Positions 52,875 to 64,000 of a DNA stretch of 64,000 nucleotides are shown in pieces. The notes under the pieces were generated by a model. The model did not search any database and was not told where the DNA came from. It saw nothing but the letters and a program-made list of their open reading frames with translations. Source of the stretch: Eledone cirrhosa (taxonomy: Eukaryota); contig OZ024745.1 in NCBI GenBank assembly GCA_964016885.1, positions 106,764,001-106,828,000 on the forward strand. The letters are read 5' to 3'. The translations under genes were made by a program, and so were the position numbers. Position 1 is the stretch's first letter, and the number at the start of each line of letters is the position of its first letter.

Positions 52875-53541
52875 ATTGGAAGAAATCTCAGCTGCCAATT
52901 CTAACACTATTCTTAAAATAAAAAAGCAAAGCATGTTTAGCTGGCACCCTACAAGGTTACATCTCATACGAAGATTCTAGGGTGTTAATGATATGGATCT
53001 GAATCTTATCATGAAGATCAAAATAAAATGAAAGGCCTTGCCCAAAATTACAACGCACATCCATTGAAACTCGGCTGGTTTCACTTGGGGATCCAGCCGG
53101 ATCAATTGGAGACTGTTGTTTCTGACAAACCCGCTGAAAGGATGACTCTACCCTCTACGGCCCTTTCAGGAATAAGTGGACGAAGAAGATCATCTGGTTT
53201 GCTCTCTCATGTAAACAGATATATGATGTATGTATTCATTTGGCATACAATTTAGAGCAGACAATAACCAAGAAACATGTTTAACAGTGGTCGGTTTCTA
53301 ACCAGCAATGACTTTACTGTCTAGTTTCCATTCAATAAATGTACAATCAACAGCAGATCAACAAGTCTGTTGTTCGATCTACTACAAAGGCAGCCAAACA
53401 TTTAAACAACTATCATATTAAAAGAAGTAGAGAAACATTGAGTTATGTAAAAAGTTTAGATTAAATTGGTTTCAGATATTTTAAGTTGTTGTTTTACTCT
53501 AAGTTTACTTTACTGATTTATGGTTTGACGTATGTTATATA

Positions 53542-53845
53542 ATGATTTCTACTGCAGGCACAAGGCCAGCATTTTTGGGGGTGGTGGTGGTGGTGGCGGG
53601 TCAAAGAGTCGCTCCAGGTAGAGTTGCTACGTCTCCGAATTGAGAGATCACAGCTTCGATATTACGAGCATGCGGTTAGATTAAATCGACCCCAGTGCAT
53701 TACTGGTGCCCTTATTTTATCGACTCCTGAAAGAATGAAACGCAAAGCTAACCATGGCGGGATTTGAACTCAGAACGCAAAGGGCCGTAACTATGCTACA
53801 AAGCATGGTGTCCGACGCTCTACCGATACTGCCAACCCTCCGCTT
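53542..53845 (-). mobile_element. Main-family SINE interrupted by about 80 bp of unrelated sequence
   Basis: Tail at 53542-53580, foreign segment about 53600-53678, remainder 53679-53845. Confidence 0.65.
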
Positions 53846-56800
53846 AGGTTAACAAAAATGTGTTCTCGACTAGGGCTGACTGACCTGGAATAAGCAACAA
53901 AACGAACAAAAGTTGTGTTATTTTATCTAGCCTCTTTCGAAAATCTGCTTTCAACACCCACCGACGCCACCACCACCTAGCTTTCTAGTTATGTTTACCT
54001 TTTACATTCTATTCATTTCTATTTTTCCTTACACTCATACAAAAATCAAGCACTAGCTTTTGTTTTGATAGTATGTATGTGCATTTGGGCATATGCATAT
54101 AAATGTATAATACGCCGTGTGTGTGTGGTGTGTGCGGTTTCTAGAATATACCATTTTTATTTAACGTATTTAGATAAGTATTGTAAGAAGAAGAAAAAAA
54201 AAAGAGGGTGGAATAGAAAAGTAACATAATTTGAATACATCTACTGAAAGAATAAGAGTATCTCTCTCGCCACATACACATACAAACACGCACCTAGCTT
54301 GTCGACACACCTATAGTGTGTATAACTGTTAAAAGTTTTATGGTGGGCGTGACATTCCAAATTGACAAATCCCGTTCTTGAGAAATAGAAAGCGGCATAG
54401 AAATTATTATTATTATACAAAGTGCTCTTCAGTAAGTGCTACCAGACCACAAAAACTGATTTAAGTAAAAAAACTAACTAACTGGGTGGAAAATGAAATT
54501 ATTATTATTATTATTGGTGAATTCGCCAAGTCGTTAGAGCGTAAGACTAATCGATAGCAGTATTCTTTACATCTTCTCATTCTGAGTTCAAGCCCACCCG
54601 AAGTCACCCTTGCCTTTCATCCTTCTGTGGTCGATAAAGTGCCAATAAAGGTCTGGGATCGCGGTAATAGAGCCTCACCACCACCAAACTGGTGGCTTTG
54701 TGCCAACATTAGAAATCATTATTTCACTGAGCTTAGTCTCGTCAACAGGCTGCGATCATAATGCAGAAAACCTTTCAATAGTATAGTGGGAAAGCACCAA
54801 TGTAACTACTTGATTATCGTCCTCAGTAAGGTGAAAATCATCGTCGATATATGCAGGATTTGAACGCGGAACTGATTTGTATAATACCAAATACAAAGTG
54901 TTTGTGTATATGAAAGTAGGTCTATAAAACTCTGCAACTCTGCTTTGCCCTCGGACCTGCCAGAAACAGTAGCCAAATCTCTCTTTAAAAAAAAAAAAAA
55001 ATAAAAAAAAATTAACCTTATTGCTTTAAATACATGATGGGGTTGTCACGGCTCCCAATGCCTCATATCAACACCCCTATCAACAACAACATCAACACTA
55101 TTAAAGTAAAATAGGTTTCAGCAAGCATGCCCTACTTATTCTCTACAATGAAAGGTGCTGTCAAATGTTGGAGACTACTTGCAAATGCACATATAGTAAG
55201 CAGACCTCCCTACTCTCCGTATCAAGTCATAATGCCAACACTAATCCTACGATCCCCACCGATATCACTTCAATAAGATGTATACTATTCTACACAAGGA
55301 CAAATTGTACGTCTGCCTGGTGTAATTTGATACGAGGCTCACACACACACACACGTATGTATGTGTGTATGTGTGTATGTGTGTGTTATTCGAGCTTCTA
55401 CAGAAAACACACCAAGTAAACATTTGTTGACCAGAAATAAAACCGTATTACTATAATCTTTTTATCAGAAACTTTTAGAAGACAAACTTACTCTCACCAC
55501 ACAACATGAGCACCAACCCTCATAGTACACAAAATTATACAACACTTTGTTATTACTGCGTAACATAATCTACTGGATGTTAGCTGAGAACATGCCTAGC
55601 CAACAGATGTTTGAAGTTAGTCAACTAAAGTACTACTTCTGTGAACTTACCAAAGTAACTGCATAGTTAGCTATATATATATATATCAACAATAACTGTG
55701 TTACCTCCAAGTTCTGAAAAAACTAGACGAGAATTAGTTCATCTCCAGGAGACCATGAGCTCGTAAATTGTTCCAATCGGCCATCTTTCAATCATAGGTA
55801 CAGTATATACAATTCACCAAATAACTGAATTAAACTGCGACAAGTCAGCATTGAAACAAAGGGAGGAAGGACACTTTGGATATAGTTTTCGATATTCATA
55901 CAAACGGCGGGATGTTCAATGCTGGATTCAGATTGATCATAATTTTGCTATATCAAGCTTGACCTCAGTTAAATATGTAATATCTACTACACCATTCTTT
56001 CCTCAATGACGTACTTAGTGCCACTCTTACATTTCTGCAAGAAGGCAAAAAGATCTGACAAAACGACTAGAAAGCCCCTAGTTATTCGCCCAACTTTTGG
56101 AAACAACATAAAAAAAAGGAGACAGGTTATGTAGTTGCGAATTCACTAAACTAGAATAGAAGTCGGAAGAGTTATGGATCAAGCGCTACAGATCTGTTCA
56201 AGATAGAGCTAAAGAACAGCAATAATATCAAAACCAACTCAATATTTACACGGCTTGATCTTGTTTGTTGTCTTTCCTTTTGAAACAATAGTATGTGAAT
56301 TGAAATAAAATGTGTTGCTATCTCTCACAAAATATACCCGTACGGTATATGCGATTAATGTGTAAAACTAACATTTTTTTTTCTTTTTTAAACAAGTATT
56401 TCGTTCAGCATCTCAATTGTTTCATGGTAGTAATGATACCACAATATGCAAAACTTTTTCTCTCCTCATCTCTCTCTCTATATATTTTTGGAGTCTACTA
56501 AGGCTCAAAATGTAAAAAAAAAAAAAAAAAAAAAAAAAAGCCCTTGTGAATAGAATTTCGTGGTCGGAAACTGCAAAACCCCGTGAAGTAAGTAAGTAAA
56601 GTGAGTGAGTGAGTGAGTGCGTGTGTGCGCAAGCGCACGCGTATCTCCGTTGATGTTTATAACGCAATTTAATGGCTCGACAAAAGTAAATGAGATCAAT
56701 AAAATAAGTAGCAGGTTTGAGAAAAAGTTCTGGAGCGATATACTCGACTAAATTAAAACGATGCCCCAGTATGGCCAGTCATAGTGAAATTGGGCAAAAA

Positions 56801-57996
56801 TGTAAGAGAATATATATTCTAATTGTCAAAATCTAAGTGACACTACTACAATTACTACAACTATACAAATACTACTATTAATAATAGTGGAGGTGATCAG
56901 GGTCAGATTGAAACAACCTAATGCCTACTCCCGTACAATGAAGAAGAGGGCAGGCTTTGTGTATATGAATGTGTGCGCGCGCACATCTATGTGTAGTGTC
57001 TGAGTAGAAGGGAAAAAAAATATAGAGAAGAGTCAATGTTTTAAAAAGGTAGCAGCTGTGTGTGGCTTGCCCCGCTGCCAATGAAATAATTGGTAATGTC
57101 TTGTAGGCATGTCAGTCCCATAGGAGTGTGTGAAGTGTTGAGTATAGTAATAGGCATGACACAAGTAAAGTCCTCTTGAACAGAAGGAGACATTCTTTTG
57201 ATAAAGGAATAAATAATAGAGAAAGAGAAAAAAAAAAACCCCGCTAAAATGAAAAGGAAAAAATAAGAAAAAAATAACAATCCTCCCCTACAAACTAACA
57301 TACGTTTTTTTTGTATATATATATATTCTTAAGTGACAGGAACATATAAAGGAGTAATTCTGTTAAATCTATATACTAAGTACTTGCCTAAGGATCAAGA
57401 TCTTAAATCATTTCCTTGCCATCAAACAGAAACACTTTCCAATTTGCTGCAATCAAAAGATTTACCCTAACCACCAATGATTGACTGATTATCGCTTAAA
57501 ACGGCAGTCTAACAAAGTCAACACTTTTAACATGAACGATTTTCTCTTTTTATGTACAGACAGGCAGACCCCACTTTTGAATAAGAAGAGATCAGATTCT
57601 CCCAATAAGTGTGGGGAAATTCTCTCTGCTGCAAATTCAATAAACAAAATAGTAAATTACCAATATCAATATGCAATAAATGACAGGTGAAATTTCTGTA
57701 TGGATTTAATTATGGAACTTTACGTTCTGAGATCAAATCCTGCCGACATTAACTTTGCCTACCATCGTTCCTTGATTGATAAAATTAAACACCAATCGAG
57801 TAGTAGTTCGATTTTGTCGACTTATCCTCTCTGTTTTCTTTTGTCGACTTATCCTCTCTAACCCGCCAATCTGTCGCATCCGGAGTAGTTAGTATTTATG
57901 TTAACTCAACATTTCCTCTTTACAGTGTTGCAGGAGAAAACCTTTTGAAAACTAAACCAACAATAAGTAGTGACAAACAAATGTCTATCATTTTTG

Positions 57997-58042
<46 letters not shown>

Positions 58043-59426
58043 GTTATGAATAACGCAGCTGATACTCAGCAAGAATAACTCCAGGAGAAAATGTGAGCGG
58101 AGTTCAAAGCTTTGCATTCAATAACAAATATATAAAGACAAAATAGGATATTGTGCCAAAAAGAGAACCTCCACGTAGTCACTCGAAATGCAAGAAACAG
58201 CAGCCAAATCTTTCAAAAAAATACATATTACCATTCTTTTCTAAAGGACATGTTGGATAACGCAGTCTGAGATCATGTGTCTGAAACCAATAGGATGGAT
58301 GGTCATGGCGAGAATGCCTTTATAAATCTGGCTCGATCAAAGATCACTCTAGGACTAAACAACGACGAATGGTGATTTGTAGTAAAATAAACAAAGAGAA
58401 AGGACAGATAAAACGGTCACAGAATTCTTTCCATCAGTACTACTATTTCTGATCTATGAAACAGACTGAAAGATTAAAAGAATTGTGGATGGTGGGCAAA
58501 GAAATATACCATCAACACATGGAAGAAGTAAGTTTACAAAAAAAGTAAAAAAAAAAAAAAAAAAATACATCCTGATCTTTCTTTATTTGATATTTATATA
58601 AATAAATATTGGTCCATTCTAAGTAAAAGACTACCAGTTGTATACAAGGTTTTCTTCTTTTTTCTTTAGTTTAATGATAAAAACATGTTTTTGAAAGACA
58701 AAGTTCAAAGGAAACCCTGAAAAGTCATACACATATATACGCAACAACAACAAAAGATAAATAGAAACATAAATTACAGAGAGAGCGAGAGAGAGAGAGG
58801 GTAAATATTGAGTGTTTGAGTCAATTGTCCATATGAAACAGCAGCATGAAAAGTCGAAACCTTAAAGACAGAAAGACTATAACAAATGACACAGATCTAT
58901 CAACTGGGAATGTTAAAATGACAAGGCTTTCAACTGAATATATATATCTCCTGAATATATAGGTCTATACTCTTCCCCACCCCCCTCTCTCAAACACAGA
59001 CACACACACATTCATTTCAGTTTGAAAAATAAAAGGGTAAGACCGTAAGCTTCCATAATTGCACCCGGTGACCTATTAGATGGTTGGTTATCCATTAGTT
59101 TGAGTGTACACACACACATACACAGACATATATATATATATAGTTAAATAAAATAAAACAAAACAAAACAAAACAAAACAGGAAGCAAAATTAATATATA
59201 CATATATATATATATATATAGATTGGAAAACGAAAAATCAGTGATGCAATTTATTGTGTGTTACAATTGTTTCCCCGGCGAACAGCTCGAGGTGCGATCC
59301 GTGTGTGGATCTACCTGACTCTAGACTCGCAGGTTCCTCGGACACGTCTATTGATTTCGGAGCATATCCTCTTTCTCAACCGGCATACCACCTATAGAAG
59401 CATCTTAGCTACCATTAGACACACAC

Positions 59427-59470
<44 letters not shown>

Positions 59471-59514
59471 TATGTATGTATACGTACATACATATATGTA
59501 TACAGACGTACAGT

Positions 59515-59574
<60 letters not shown>

Positions 59575-59707
59575 TGCACGTATCGGTTTACCGAACATTT
59601 ATTATAATGCTCGGTTTGTTTGTTTGTAAACAAACAAACAAAGCCCGAATTACGCTGTACAGTGTTTAGGCAACCACGTCACCTTTTTGTTCAACACTGA
59701 CACAGGA

Positions 59708-59750
59708 ACGATGTACTAGTTTCAAGCTTATTAGCTATCGTCAGCATCGT
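59708..59750 (-). ncRNA. Minimal type I hammerhead ribozyme motif (HHR-C), Penelope-type
   Basis: Minus strand: acgaug-CUGACGA-u agcu aaua agcu u-GAAAC-ua-GUA-caucgu. Stem I is 6 bp and perfect, stem II is 4 bp, and stem III is reduced to the palindrome ACUAGU. Predicted cleavage between 59714 and 59713. Confidence 0.82.
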
Positions 59751-59869
59751 ATACCTTCCTGCCAGATGGTTGAACGTCTGAAAGTATATACTTTCCTTAT
59801 GCATATTAACGGCTGAGCAGCCTAATTTGCATATCGAGTGAGATCAGTCGGCCGGGCACACCGAAAACG

Positions 59870-60021
59870 ATAAATGGAATAGAATGAAACGAAATTTCAT
59901 TTCTCACTCTTAGTACGGCACTTACTTAAATGTAAGTATGTATGTATACGTACATATATATTTAAGTAAGTGCCGTACTAAGAGTGAGAAATGAAATTTC
60001 GTTTCATTCTATTCCATTTAT
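59870..60021. repeat. Perfect 62-bp inverted repeat with 28-nt spacer
   Basis: 59870-59931 ataaatggaatagaatgaaacgaaatttcatttctcactcttagtacggcacttacttaaat is the exact reverse complement of 59960-60021. Confidence 0.92.
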
Positions 60022-60568
60022 ATATATATATATAGAATAACCAGTTATCGTTATAGGTAATCCATCAAGCGATTAGCGAGCTCTAGACCTACCAGATCAA
60101 CGAAACAATTGTCAGCACTGTGAATAAAGCCCTTATTGTACAGCCAACCATGTTACTCTTCTTTAAAATTATAATGATATTATAATGAAATAGTATGGTA
60201 GAATATTAAGTCTTAAATGTTAATCGAACAAGTACTTTCATGATTTCGGAATGTTCAGGTTCATATTCAGTGGTGACAGTCAAGCCTGCAATTTTAGCTC
60301 TCTTTCTTTCTCTCTGTATATATATAAGAGAGAGAGAAAGAGAGAGATATCAAGTAGAATTGAAGACAATGTTACAGCATATTTACAAAGTTTATAGTCA
60401 TATTGCAACTGTACAAATATGCTGCAACACTGAGTTCGATGCTACCTACTTGATCTATTTACACTCTGCGCACTACAGCCGTCTTAACTCTGGAATACAA
60501 CTCATACGAGACGGACCTCAACAGTATTGAATGCTTCGAACGGCGCGCCGCCTGAAACTGTAAACACA

Positions 60569-60606
<38 letters not shown>

Positions 60607-62002
60607 AAGCCGCCATCAATGAACAAAATTGAAATCTGTGTGTGCGTGTGCTTATTTTTCAAATGTATTCTGTTCTTATGTGTTTCCTTGGTTGTTTGTT
60701 TGTGAGAGTTGTATGTCACTTGTTATTTTGTCCAAATCACCTAATTTGTTACCTTGCTATATATATAATTATATTTTCTCTGACATTGACACCGGGTCTC
60801 CTTGGTTTTTTGTAGTACGATTGACTTAACAGCAAATTGACAGCATCCATTTATTGTAAACTAAATTGGCCTGTCATCAAATTGAAAGGAAAACCTGTTA
60901 AATTTCTACGAGTTCTGGAGTAGTTCCAGATAGATGACTGAATTGCTGATTATAAAAAGGATGCTGGATCGTGGATAATACTACTGGTTAACAGCAATTG
61001 TCTTGGTGTTCTTGAAAACAACAAATGTTAATAAAAAATGTTTCTTTTAAATCAAACAAGATGCCGTTAGACTTTCACCGATATAACATTTCCAGTATCT
61101 CTTTCTCTCACTTCCTCTTTCCAAAGAGAAAGTAACGAGTTAGAGAAACAGATCTATGTTAGCTGCAAATTGTTAATAGCTTTTCAAAGAAGGACCTAAT
61201 TGTTGCCCAGAGTAGTGTTTGTCTTGGCCAGACAACACCAACAAAAATAGAATGTGAGCAGCGGTTCTTAGTGATTTACAATAGGATAAAACCCGTTGAT
61301 AAAACCAAGAAACCGAGCTAGTTGCAATTCAACGCACCCTAGCATACATCCTTCATCGACCATGTTGGATCTTAGAGCAGCAGACCTGTCCAATATCTAT
61401 ACAATTTCTTTAAATCATCGCAGCTCAGTAATTCCATGTGCGAGAGCCCATCTCAAAAGGAACAGTGCGTTTAACCCTTCGTCCAATGCGAAAATAAAGG
61501 TCAAAATAAGGAACGTTACAGCCACAATAAACAAATAAACACAGAAAGTAACAAGGCAAAGCAGGAGCTCCTATGTAGTTCCTCAACATGATAGCAAACA
61601 AACCCCCGCTCATTATACCATACAACCATCTATAAAAAAGGCTGATGTAAATTATATAATGTAGTCCTACCAAAAATAGATACTGTATCTAGAGCAATTA
61701 TAGAGAAGCTTGATCAATAATGATACTCATTCAGGATTTGACCCGGGACTAAACAACAATGATGAAGACAAAATAACTGCTAGTATCTTTATTCATAGGC
61801 AAACACAAAATTGATTCTAGTCATTTATTGATTTCTTGCAATTAATGATTTAAAGCTTTGATAATTGTTACCAATTCAGACACTCCCATGTTTTAGTCTT
61901 TGGGGGGTTTCACTGCTTGAACTATTTTAATTTTGAACTCTTTTTAAAATATCTAAAAAGTAGTCACAACTGTGTAAATACATATTGGTAGAAGCTTTAG
62001 AG

Positions 62003-62329
62003 CATAGGTTCTCAAAGTGGACGCTTGCCTCCACCCCACCGGGGGTTGGCGTTGAGAATGACGAGGGCTCGCTGGGGTGGCGATAGAGATGATATAATAG
62101 TATATGAAATATCAAATGATAAATATATAGTAAAATAAAAAAAATATATAATATTTATTTATACATAGTATATATTATATTATTATATAGAAATTAACGA
62201 TTATATTTATTACATATTTAGAATTTGCGTGTGTAGGCAGGTCTCTCTGGAAATAGGGGGGGGGGGGGGGGCTGAGGGCATTACATAGCCATGAAAGGGG
62301 CAGTGGCCCAAATATTTCGAGAACCTCTG
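62003..62329. mobile_element. hAT (Charlie-like) MITE
   Basis: TIRs CATAGGTTCTCAAA / TTCGAGAACCTCTG and a perfect 8-bp TSD CTTTAGAG at 61995-62002 and 62330-62337. Confidence 0.85.
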
Positions 62330-62784
62330 CTTTAGAGGATCGGACGAAATGCGCTGTTGTGTATATTCAAGCCCTGCGTTGTTAATTCAAATACCACAGA
62401 GGTCAACTTTGCTTTTTACCCTTCTGTCGTCGATAAATAAAATATAGCGTGAGGACGATTGACGGAAAAGTCGATAGAGCAACTGACAGAATGCCTTGCG
62501 CTTATTGGTTAAAGTGCTTTGCTTTTCTGAGGTGAAATATGACCATGACCTACTTAGAGTCACTCACCTCAATACAACTACGAGGCCATTGGGATGCTTT
62601 TAGTGAAGACTACTCTGTTGCAATCTTTCTGGCAAGGTCTCCGGTTTGATAATACCCCCCCCCCTCCTTCCATTAGTTTTGTCACTAAGTGTCAAAACTA
62701 AATAAAATAAATAAAAACGGTCCAGGAATCGAACTCACAACCTACGATTGCGAATCCAATTTTCTAACCACTCAGCCACGCGCC

Positions 62785-62824
<40 letters not shown>

Positions 62825-63673
62825 CTAAAAAAAAAAAAAAAGAAATTATTCTTTGAAAAAAGACAATAGTCTCAGGTGCAGATACGATTTAGCCACAGGA
62901 CAATCCTCAAATAGACGTTTGACCAAAATACTTTCCATTTGTAACGATGATTTCAATCTCCGCTCCGAGTGTATATCAACGTTAGGGCGGGGGAGAGAGA
63001 GAGGGGGGAGAGAGAGGGGAGGGGGAGAGAGGGGGGGGGGGGGGCTATCATTAAAACCACAAAGAAACTTCCTTTGGGATGCAATCGCCTAGAACGTCAG
63101 CTAAACCTGTATAAGGTGCAAGCTGTAAAATTCATTCTCAATGAATAAGCCTCAGTGTGATCACATGGCTAGCAAGAAGTAGCAAAACATTGACACCAAT
63201 AAGATTAATACCACTTTTGTCTGCCTACGGTGAGAGAAAAAAAAAATGTACTGTAGCAATTGTGTTTACCTTTCTTTCACACCGACGTTAAATATTGTAT
63301 GTTTGCGAAAGGCTTGCCTTACATTTCAAATTATCCTGAATAACACTGTTTAGTGCATAATTAATACACACACATTATATATATACATATATATATTTTG
63401 TATATATAGACACAAGATAGTAACACTGCCTATATATATATATATATATATATAACGTAAAAGGACGTCAGATCATGCGGCAAAAAGAAGAATAAGACTA
63501 AGAAAATCTCTCTCTCTCTCGATATATAATCGTTTAAACTTGTATAATTAATGCTCGTGAACTAATCTTCATGGACCTTTTTTATTTATTTATTGAGAAT
63601 CATAATCAACATACTGTATATTTTATAGGCATCGATTAAATATACATTTAGTGTGTAATATAGAATTGAAACT

Positions 63674-63735
63674 ATTTCTATATTAAATATTTATACTTTG
63701 CTATGGGTTACCCCCCGATTGAACCCGGGATACAC
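63674..63735 (+). repeat. Third remnant of the HHR-B family (downstream segment only)
   Basis: tttctatattaaatatttatactttgctatg-ggttaccccccgattgaacccggga matches 48021-48098 with an internal deletion. Confidence 0.7.
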
Positions 63736-63898
63736 AGAGACAAAGAGAAAGAAATGGATAAAAACGAAAGAAAAGAACGATCAATGGAATGTGTTGTTAT
63801 TTGTATATATTTTAATTATGTCCATGGTTCTGAAGGAAGGAGCTAAGAGTCTTAGTATCATGAAACCTCTGGTAATGCAGAGATAAGTCAAACTAATA

Positions 63899-64000
63899 TA
63901 ATTGTTTCTACTTTTGGCACAAGGCCAGCAATTATCCCAGTGTATTACTGGTACTTTATTTTATCGACTCCGTAAGGGTGAAAGGCAAAGTTAACCTTGG
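63899..64000 (-). mobile_element. Main-family SINE cut by the window edge
   Basis: aattgtttctacttttggcacaaggccagcaatt...ggcaaagttaacc. Confidence 0.8.

Noticed and set aside
59281-59340. DPH peptide on minus as the missing RGM GDPH exon
   Set aside because: Reads [10 protein letters not shown] then a stop; no CGLFGDPHLRTF context.
60520-60570. gcc-t-GAAAC-t-GTA as a hammerhead 3' half
   Set aside because: No CUGANGA at a suitable distance and no stem I could be built.

Overview
AT-rich, repeat-dense eukaryotic genomic DNA. The (TA)n/(CA)n load and tRNA-derived SINE families suggest a coleoid cephalopod such as octopus (inference). The only host protein-coding feature I can support is the terminal coding exon of a repulsive guidance molecule (RGM/hemojuvelin-family) gene on the minus strand (27305-27994, ending in a GPI-anchor-type signal). 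No upstream RGM exon was recognised, so 28-64 kb is probably one large intron. The rest is mobile DNA: >25 copies of one tRNA-derived SINE, RTE and CRE LINE fragments, a decayed Chapaev3-like transposon, two hAT MITEs with 8-bp TSDs, a Helitron-like element, and mini/microsatellites. The most interesting signal is a set of type I hammerhead ribozyme motifs. Three are structurally complete (47512-47581, 47913-47963, 59708-59750), all on the RGM sense strand, and several more are broken. Most sit in long fold-back inverted repeats flanked by (TA)n, resembling Penelope-like element pseudo-LTRs, and three or four unrelated fold-backs are packed into about 900 bp at 47.5-48.4 kb. All structures were read by eye; no folding or database search was run.
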